Shown piece after piece: positions 57,468 through 64,000 of a stretch of DNA of 64,000 bases (its first letter is position 1; each line of letters starts with the position of its first letter). The position numbers and the translations under genes are program-made. The notes under the pieces were generated by a model. It saw only the letters and a program-made list of their open reading frames with translations, was not told the DNA's origin and made no database searches. Source of the stretch: Gammaproteobacteria bacterium (GTDB lineage: Bacteria; Pseudomonadota; Gammaproteobacteria; Burkholderiales; SG8-39); the NCBI GenBank assembly GCA_041488375.1, contig JBGPPD010000002.1, forward strand, positions 3,823-67,822. Direction: 5' to 3'.

Positions 57468-58640
57468 CTAGGGAGTCTGGATGACATCCAACGCGTTGAC
57501 GGGCCTCGAGACGCGCATGACCACGGCATAGGATACGCGGTCAAAGATGCGAAACACAAACGCCAAGCCGTAACGTTCGTCGGGCAACTTGAACGTCGCC
57601 GGACCCGAACTGGTTATCGTAGAGGCGTCCGCAATGACCGGTCCAGGACGGTAAAGGGCGAATACGTGCCCGACTTCAACCCCGTCCGACTGCCCGCGAT
57701 TCAGCGTGACGATGGACTGCGGGCCGGCTTCGCCGAGCTTGCCCAGTCCACCGTACACACCGATGACCCGGCCCTGCATGAACACGGCGGGTGCGTGCGG
57801 CGCATACTTGGGTACTTCCGGCACGCCGGCCGGCAGCAGCTTGTCACCCCTGCCGACTTCCTGCGTCACGGTTGTGAGTTGCACGGTGGCCGGATCCCCG
57901 GCGCGCGTGACGCGGGCGGTGCCGAGATAGATTGCCTCGTAGCCAAGGGTGATATTCGTATCTGGATCCACCAGCGCTTTGCCGCGGCGATAGACGAACC
58001 AGTTCTCTTCCCGCGAGTCGCCGATACCGCGCACATAGGCGCGATTGCCGGCCTCGATGATCACGCGGTTGTCCTCGGTGGCGATGATCGTCGGCGCGTT
58101 GTCCAGGCCATCTGCCTCGACGACCAGCGGACGCGACAGGAAGGGTTCGATAATGTTGGGCGGAATGCTGGGAATGGCGTCCTTGGCTGTCGATTCGGCG
58201 CGTACGCGCGGCGAAAGCTTGACCGTTCCTACACTTCCGCTTCCCTCCAAGCCGGTCCTGCCAGTCGCCGTCGGAGCCCCACCCGCCGTGCCGGCGGTGG
58301 TACCAGCGCCGGAGTCGGCACCCGGGGTGGCGTCGCGTCCCGCAATAGACAAGGTGCCGCGGGCGCGGTCCAGCACGATCACGTCTCCCGGGTAGATCCA
58401 GTGCGGGTTGCGTATCTGCTCGCGGTTGAAATTCCAGATTTCCGGCCAGCGCCAGGGTGAATCCGTGTAACGCTCGGAGATGCCCCACAGCGTGTCCCCG
58501 CGCACCACGACGTAGCGATCGGGGGCATCCTGTTTGAACGCAATCGGGGTTGTCGGGACCTGTGCCAGCACCGGTCCGCCAGTGAGGCTGGCGAGGACAA
58601 AAACGAGTGCTGTGATAGACTTACGCAATTGGTCGTGCAT
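57468..58640 (-). CDS. LysM domain-containing periplasmic protein
   Basis: ORF 57468..58694 trimmed to the ATG at 58640 (signal peptide). LysM motif YVVVRGDTLWGISERY. Conserved position between dprA and def. Confidence 0.8.
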   Translation of the reverse strand: MHDQLRKSITALVFVLASLTGGPVLAQVPTTPIAFKQDAPDRYVVVRGDTLWGISERYTDSPWRWPEIWNFNREQIRNPHWIYPGDVIVLDRARGTLSIAGRDATPGADSGAGTTAGTAGGAPTATGRTGLEGSGSVGTVKLSPRVRAESTAKDAIPSIPPNIIEPFLSRPLVVEADGLDNAPTIIATEDNRVIIEAGNRAYVRGIGDSREENWFVYRRGKALVDPDTNITLGYEAIYLGTARVTRAGDPATVQLTTVTQEVGRGDKLLPAGVPEVPKYAPHAPAVFMQGRVIGVYGGLGKLGEAGPQSIVTLNRGQSDGVEVGHVFALYRPGPVIADASTITSSGPATFKLPDERYGLAFVFRIFDRVSYAVVMRVSRPVNALDVIQTP

Positions 58641-58783
58641 GGGGCCCCCGAACCTTTCCTTGTTCCCGGGCTGGCGTGAAAATCCCTTTGCCATCCAAAT
58701 GTAGCATAAACGTCGAATTGTTTACCTGCTGCCTTAGATTGTGCATCTAATTTATTCAATTTGCAACGCTATTTCCCTGTCAG

Positions 58784-59287
58784 ATGGCCCAACTGAACAT
58801 CCTGCGCTACCCTGATGCCCGGCTGCATAAGCTGGCCGCGCCGGTGACGGTCTTCGACGAGTCGCTCAAGACCCTGGTGCGCGAGCTGGCCGAGACCATG
58901 TATGCCGCCCCGGGCGTTGGGTTGGCCGCCACGCAGGTCGATGTGCATAGGCAAGTCATCGTGGTCGATGTTTCGGAGCGGCGCGATTCTTTGGTGGTGC
59001 TGGTCAATCCCGAAATTGTCGAGGCCTCCGGCATATCCGACATCGAGGAAGGCTGCCTCTCGGTGCCCGGCGTTTACGACGTCGTGGCGCGCGCCGAGCG
59101 CGTCAAGGTGCGGGCCTACGATCAGAACGGCAATCCGTTTACGCTCGAAGCGCAGGGCCTGCTCGCAGTGTGCATCCAGCACGAGATGGACCACCTGAAG
59201 GGCAAGGTGTTCGTCGAGTATCTTTCGCAGCTCAAGCAGCAGCGCGTGCGCGCCAGGCTCGCCAAGCAGTTGCGCAAGTCTGCCTAA
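58784..59287 (+). CDS. def: peptide deformylase
   Basis: 167 aa with motifs [13 protein letters not shown] and QHEMDH. Confidence 0.95.
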   Translation: MAQLNILRYPDARLHKLAAPVTVFDESLKTLVRELAETMYAAPGVGLAATQVDVHRQVIVVDVSERRDSLVVLVNPEIVEASGISDIEEGCLSVPGVYDVVARAERVKVRAYDQNGNPFTLEAQGLLAVCIQHEMDHLKGKVFVEYLSQLKQQRVRARLAKQLRKSA

Positions 59288-59293
59288 GCCTTC

Positions 59294-60217
59294 CTGCGCC
59301 TAGTTTTCGCGGGTACGCCTGAATTTGCCGAGCGCGCGTTGGCCGCGCTGCTCGCGGCGGGCCACACAGTTTCGCTCGTACTGACCCAGCCAGACCGGCC
59401 CTCGGGGCGAGGCCTGCGGACGGTGGCCGGCGCCGTGAAGCGCTACGCGCTGTCGCAGGGTTTGGAGGTCTTCCAACCAGTCTCCTTGCGCGAGGACGCC
59501 GCACGAGTCCGCATTGCTGCGGCACGTCCCGCGGTCCTCGTGGTCGCAGCCTACGGACTGCTCCTGCCGCAGGCGGTGCTCGACATCCCAGCGCGGGGCG
59601 CACTCAACATCCATGCATCCTTGCTGCCACGCTGGCGTGGCGCGGCGCCGATCCAGCGCGCGCTGCTGGCCGGTGACACCCAGACCGGCATCACCATCAT
59701 GCAAATGGACGCCGGGCTGGACACCGGGCCCATGTTGCTGCAGCAGAACCTCGCCATTGCGCCGGACGACGACGCGCAGACCCTGCACGACAAGCTCGCC
59801 GAGCTTGGCGCACGACTCATCGTCGCTGCCATCGTGGAGGTTGAAGCTGGGACTGCGCGGCTGGCGCCGCAGCCGGTGGCGGGCGTGACCTACGCGCAAA
59901 AAATCGTAAAGCGCGACGCGGAAATCGACTGGGCGGCTCCTGCGGCGCAAATCGAGCGGACGGTGCGCGCGCTGCGCCCGTTTCCCGGTGCCACAGCCAG
60001 GTTGAAGGGAGATGGTTTGAAACTGTGGCGCACGCAAATCGCTGACGCGCGCGGTGAGCCCGGCCGGGTGATTGCAGTCGGCCCGGACGGGATCCTGGTG
60101 GCTTGCGGCGAGGGTGCCCTGCTGGTCACCGAGTTGCAACGGGCGGGTGGTAAGCGCCTCGCCGCCGGGGAGTTCCTGCGCGGTGCGCCGCTCGCGCCGG
60201 GCGAAATACTTCGATGA
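59294..60217 (+). CDS. fmt: methionyl-tRNA formyltransferase (start codon unresolved)
   Basis: The track ORF (TTG at 59339) lacks the conserved N-terminus. Translation from 59294 gives [24 protein letters not shown]...[10 protein letters not shown], matching the Fmt N-terminus. The only near-cognate codon after the def stop is the CTG at 59294. Confidence 0.85.
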   Translation: MRLVFAGTPEFAERALAALLAAGHTVSLVLTQPDRPSGRGLRTVAGAVKRYALSQGLEVFQPVSLREDAARVRIAAARPAVLVVAAYGLLLPQAVLDIPARGALNIHASLLPRWRGAAPIQRALLAGDTQTGITIMQMDAGLDTGPMLLQQNLAIAPDDDAQTLHDKLAELGARLIVAAIVEVEAGTARLAPQPVAGVTYAQKIVKRDAEIDWAAPAAQIERTVRALRPFPGATARLKGDGLKLWRTQIADARGEPGRVIAVGPDGILVACGEGALLVTELQRAGGKRLAAGEFLRGAPLAPGEILR

Positions 60218-61482
60218 GGCGCTCCGCTGACCTGGCGCCGGCGCTTGCCGCAGCGGCACGCGCGGTCGCCGCGGTCGCAGCGGGACGCAGCCTGGCCGAC
60301 GCGTTGCAGCACAGGACCGACGACGCGGCGGGCGGCGCTCTCACGGATCTCTGCTACAGCACCCTGCGCCGTTACGGCTGGGTGCAGGCGATGGTGCGAA
60401 CGCTGTCGCACGAGGGCGCCGGCAATCCGCGCCTGGAGGCGCTGCTGTGGTGCGCGCTATCCTGTCTCGATGGCGGCCGCTACAGTGATTACACGGTGGT
60501 AGACCAGGCCGTGCGCGCCACTGCGCTGCTCGAGCTCTGGCCTGCGCGCGGCTACGTCAACGGGTCGTTGCGCACCTTTCTGCGGCAGCGCGCTACGCTG
60601 GCGCGCCGCGTCGCTTCGGATCCCCAGGCGCTGCACCAGCATCCGCTTTGGTGGTTGGAAACGCTGCAGCATGCCTACCCGGAGAACTGGCGAGCGATCG
60701 CCGCCGCCGGCAATACTCACCCTCCCATGTGCTTGCGCGTCAACCGCAGGCGCGCTGAGGTCGACGCCTTTGCAGTGCGGCTAGCAGGGGCCGGCATAGC
60801 CACGACGCGTGCCGGCCCCTGCGCGTTGCTTGTGCACAAGCCACTGCCGGTCGCGGGCGTCCCGGGTTTCGCCGAGGGCGAGGTTTCGGTGCAGGATGCG
60901 GGCGCACAGCGTGCCGCGGAATATCTCGACCTCGCGCACGGCCAGCGTGTGCTCGACGCCTGCGCGGCGCCCGGCGGAAAGAGTGCGCATGTCCTGGAGA
61001 TGCACGACGTGGATCTTGTCGCACTCGAAGCGGACGAGGCCCGTGCGGCCCGCATCGGAACGGGCCTTAGCCGGCTAGGCCTTGCCGCCCGAGTGCAGGT
61101 GGCGGACTGCACGGCTGTAGAAGCGTGGTGGGACGGCCGCGTCTTCGACCGTGTGCTTGCCGACGTACCGTGCACCGGCTCCGGCGTGGCGCGGCGCCAT
61201 CCGGATATCAAGTGGCTGCGCCGCGCGTCCGACGTGCCGACGTTTGCGCGCCGCCAGGCAGCGATCCTCGACGCGCTTTGGCGAGTCCTCGCCCCGGGTG
61301 GTAAATTGCTGTATGTCACCTGCTCGGTGTTTCCCGAGGAGAACGGCGCCGTGGTGGACGCATTCTGTGCACGCACCGCGCAGGCACGGCGGTGCGAACT
61401 ACCCGGCGGCGCGCCGGCGCAGTTGTTGCCCGGCGCCGAGCACGACGGGTTCTACTTCGCACTGCTAGAAAAGTCCCGCTGA
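60214..61482 (+). CDS. rsmB: 16S rRNA m5C967 methyltransferase
   Basis: 422 aa. SAM motif [10 protein letters not shown] and catalytic PCTGSG / TCS motifs. ATGA overlap with the fmt stop. Confidence 0.9.
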   Translation: MRRSADLAPALAAAARAVAAVAAGRSLADALQHRTDDAAGGALTDLCYSTLRRYGWVQAMVRTLSHEGAGNPRLEALLWCALSCLDGGRYSDYTVVDQAVRATALLELWPARGYVNGSLRTFLRQRATLARRVASDPQALHQHPLWWLETLQHAYPENWRAIAAAGNTHPPMCLRVNRRRAEVDAFAVRLAGAGIATTRAGPCALLVHKPLPVAGVPGFAEGEVSVQDAGAQRAAEYLDLAHGQRVLDACAAPGGKSAHVLEMHDVDLVALEADEARAARIGTGLSRLGLAARVQVADCTAVEAWWDGRVFDRVLADVPCTGSGVARRHPDIKWLRRASDVPTFARRQAAILDALWRVLAPGGKLLYVTCSVFPEENGAVVDAFCARTAQARRCELPGGAPAQLLPGAEHDGFYFALLEKSR

Positions 61483-61493
61483 GCCGGCGCGCG

Positions 61494-62165
61494 ATGCGAA
61501 CCAGCGCCATCCTGCCGAAGTTCCTTGTCGCGCTGGCTTGCGCGGCGGCGCTGTGCGCGCGCGCCGACGACATCGACGTGATCGATGCGCGCCTCGCCGC
61601 CTCGGAGGAAGGCCTGTTGCTGAGCGCGGACTTCGCGTTCGAGTTCAATTCGCGCCTGAGCGAAGCGGTAGCCAACGGTATTCCCCTGTATTTCGTGGTC
61701 GATTTCGAACTCACGCGCCCACGCTGGTACTGGTTCGACGAGAACGCAGTGTCGCGGCGCACGCAGCTACGCCTGTCCTATCACGCACTGTCGCGGCAGT
61801 ACCGCGTGTCGACTGGTCCGTTGCACCAGAATTTCTCCACGCTGGATGACGCTTTGGACGTGATGCGCCGGTTACGCAACTGGCAGGTGCTGGAGCGCTC
61901 GGTGACGCTGAGCGGCTCCAGTTACGAGGCCGCGGTGCGCATGCGCCTGGACCCGGCGCAGCTCCCCAAGCCGCTGCAACTCTCCGCACTGACCAACCGC
62001 GAATTGCACCTGGAGTCGCCGTGGCGGCGCTTCATCTTCCTGCCGCCGCACGCCGCGCCCGCACCGCCGGCCATCACGCCCGCTGCGCCGGCCGCCGCGC
62101 CCGCACCGCTGGCGCCGCAGACCACCCTCGGGCCGCGCGAAGCACAGGATGGAGGGCAGAAATGA
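61494..62165 (+). CDS. DUF4390 domain-containing secreted protein
   Basis: ORF 61392..62165 trimmed to the ATG at 61494 (MRTSAILPKFLVALACAAALCARA signal peptide). Pro/Ala-rich C-terminus. Confidence 0.75.
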   Translation: MRTSAILPKFLVALACAAALCARADDIDVIDARLAASEEGLLLSADFAFEFNSRLSEAVANGIPLYFVVDFELTRPRWYWFDENAVSRRTQLRLSYHALSRQYRVSTGPLHQNFSTLDDALDVMRRLRNWQVLERSVTLSGSSYEAAVRMRLDPAQLPKPLQLSALTNRELHLESPWRRFIFLPPHAAPAPPAITPAAPAAAPAPLAPQTTLGPREAQDGGQK

Positions 62166-64000
62166 AGGTTCTGCTGATCGTCGGTGCGGCGCTCGCGGGG
62201 GTGCTGCTGTTCCTTCTGGCGACGGCCAGCTCTGCCGACAGCACGCTGTTCCTGCGCCACTATCCGCTGCTGCTCGGACTCAATGCGGCGCTTGCGGTAG
62301 CGCTCGCAGCATTGCTCGGCGTGCAGCTTTCCGCGCTCCTGCGGCGCTACCGCGGCGGCGTGTTCGGCTCGCGCCTGTCGCTGCGATTTCTCCTGCTGTT
62401 TGCGTTGATGGCGGTGGTGCCCGGTGCTCTGGTGTACACGGTCTCGGTGCAGTTCCTGACCAAGAGCATCGAATCCTGGTTCGACGTCAAGGTGGATGCG
62501 GCGCTCGAAGGCGGCATTACGCTGGGCCAGTCCGCCGTGGACCGCATGCTGGGCGAAATGCAGGTCAAGGGGCGCGCCATGGCGCTTGAGCTGGCCGACC
62601 GCTCTCCCTCGCAGCAAGTGACGCTTCTCAACCGGCTCCGCGAGCAGGCGGGAGTGCAGGAAGCCGTGGTGGTCAGCACTAACGGCAAGTTGCTGGCAAG
62701 CGCCAGCGAGGACGTGTCCAAGTTCTTTCCCGAGCTGCCCACGGCGCAAATGCTGCGCCAGGCCCGCTCGGCGCGCGGTTACAGCTCGATAGATTCCGCC
62801 GCCGGCCGGCCGCTGGCCCTGCGCGTGGTGCTGCCGGTCGCGGGCCTTGCGCTCGCCGACGAGGCGCGCTTCCTGCAATTGCGCCAGGCGGTGCCAGCCA
62901 GCCTGGCGAAGAGCGCCGAGGCAGTCGAGGCCGCCTACCGGGACTACCGGGAGCTTGCGCTGTCGCGGCAAGGCCTGCGGCGAATCTATATCGTCACGCT
63001 GACCCTGGCGCTGCTGATGGCGCTGTTCGTCGCGGTATCGCTGGCGGTAATCCTGTCCAACCGCCTGTCTGCGCCCCTTGCCAACCTTGCGCAGGCGACC
63101 CAAGCGGTGGCGCGCGGCGATTTCTCCCAGCGCCCGCCGGTCACCAGCCGTGATGAACTGGGTGTGCTGACCGAATCCTTCAACTCCATGACACGCCAGC
63201 TGGATGAGGCGCGTCGCGTCGTCGAATCCAACCGCATCGCGCTGGAAACCGCCAAGGCCTCGCTCGAGAACGTCCTGGCCAATTTGTCTGCGGGCGTGCT
63301 GGTATTCGACCGCGAACTGCGGCTGTCGATCTCCAACCGCGGCGCCGCCGAGATCCTGGGCGGCGAACTCGGGGTGCACGCGGGCAAGCCGCTCGCCGCG
63401 TGGACCGGGGCGCTGGAGACTTTCGCCGGGCCGGTGCGCGAGCAGTTCCTGGCCCACGGCGCCAAGACCTGGCAGCTGGAACTCAGTCTCAAGGGCACCG
63501 GCAAGACACTGCTGGCGCGCGGTGCGGCGCTGCCCGAAGCGACCGGGGGCGGCTACGTGCTGGTGTTCGATGACATCACCCAGCTGATCCAGGCGCAGCG
63601 CGCCACCGCCTGGGCGGAAGTGGCCCGGCGGCTCGCGCATGAGATCAAGAATCCCCTCACCCCGATCCAATTGTCGGCGGAACGGCTTGAAATGAAACTC
63701 GAGGGCAAACTTGCGCCGGAGGAAGCAGAAATCCTGCGCCGCAATACGCAGACCATCGTCAACCAGGTGACCGCGCTGAAATCCATGGTGGACGATTTCG
63801 GCGATTACGCGCGACTGCCCGCCCCGGTGCCGGCGGGACTCGACCTGAACGCGCTGGTGGCGGATGTATTGGCGCTGTACGAGACTTCCCGCGTGCCGAT
63901 CGCCAAGCGCCTCGCACCGACGCTGCCGCCGGTGTGGGCCGACTCCGCGCAAATCCGCCAGGTGATCCACAACCTCGTGCAGAACGCCCAGGATGCCCTG
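62162..64000 (+). CDS. NtrY-like PAS/HAMP sensor histidine kinase (3' end outside the window)
   Basis: Open frame to the window end, so absent from the ORF track. The ATG at 62162 overlaps the DUF4390 stop (ATGA). N-terminal TM segments, HAMP (DELGVLTESFNSM), PAS, H-box LAHEIKNPLTPIQ. Confidence 0.85.
   Translation, partial: MKVLLIVGAALAGVLLFLLATASSADSTLFLRHYPLLLGLNAALAVALAALLGVQLSALLRRYRGGVFGSRLSLRFLLLFALMAVVPGALVYTVSVQFLTKSIESWFDVKVDAALEGGITLGQSAVDRMLGEMQVKGRAMALELADRSPSQQVTLLNRLREQAGVQEAVVVSTNGKLLASASEDVSKFFPELPTAQMLRQARSARGYSSIDSAAGRPLALRVVLPVAGLALADEARFLQLRQAVPASLAKSAEAVEAAYRDYRELALSRQGLRRIYIVTLTLALLMALFVAVSLAVILSNRLSAPLANLAQATQAVARGDFSQRPPVTSRDELGVLTESFNSMTRQLDEARRVVESNRIALETAKASLENVLANLSAGVLVFDRELRLSISNRGAAEILGGELGVHAGKPLAAWTGALETFAGPVREQFLAHGAKTWQLELSLKGTGKTLLARGAALPEATGGGYVLVFDDITQLIQAQRATAWAEVARRLAHEIKNPLTPIQLSAERLEMKLEGKLAPEEAEILRRNTQTIVNQVTALKSMVDDFGDYARLPAPVPAGLDLNALVADVLALYETSRVPIAKRLAPTLPPVWADSAQIRQVIHNLVQNAQDAL

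Overview
Origin-proximal chromosomal segment of a high-GC proteobacterium. Hand counts of 60-100 nt samples give about 60-68% G+C, and the gene order looks beta-proteobacterial. The window is almost entirely protein-coding and tightly packed, with many 1-4 nt start/stop overlaps. Left to right: epimerase-cutA-dsbD; a Fre-like reductase; livFGMH plus a lipoprotein LivJ-like binding protein; cytochrome c; DUF924; ilvD; lgt coupled to a periplasmic double-thioredoxin protein; a GntR-controlled acyl-CoA/aminotransferase/FAD-FeS oxidase cluster; TSUP exporter and HAD phosphatase; a Gram-negative 'dedicated sortase' locus (RR, HK, VIT/vWA substrate, class GN sortase) abutted by an Omp85-family gene; the full atpIBEFHAGDC operon; parB-parA-rsmG-mnmG with two parS sites upstream of mnmG; MFS transporter; class III aminotransferase; GTP-PEPCK; mnmE-yidC-yidD-rnpA-rpmH; dnaA-dnaN-gyrB; topB-smg-dprA; LysM protein; def-fmt-rsmB; DUF4390 and a partial NtrY-like kinase. 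I found no rRNA, tRNA, CRISPR array, IS element or prophage gene. The most interesting element is the sortase locus. It belongs to a family defined only in silico, and its substrate carries an atypical LPQGAT sorting motif. Other points worth a second look: the parS pair, a low-GC mnmG segment, a fmt gene with no canonical start codon lying in frame behind def, and no obvious multi-box oriC despite the coding-strand switch at rpmH/dnaA. The many long alternative-frame ORFs in the supplied track are high-GC artefacts.
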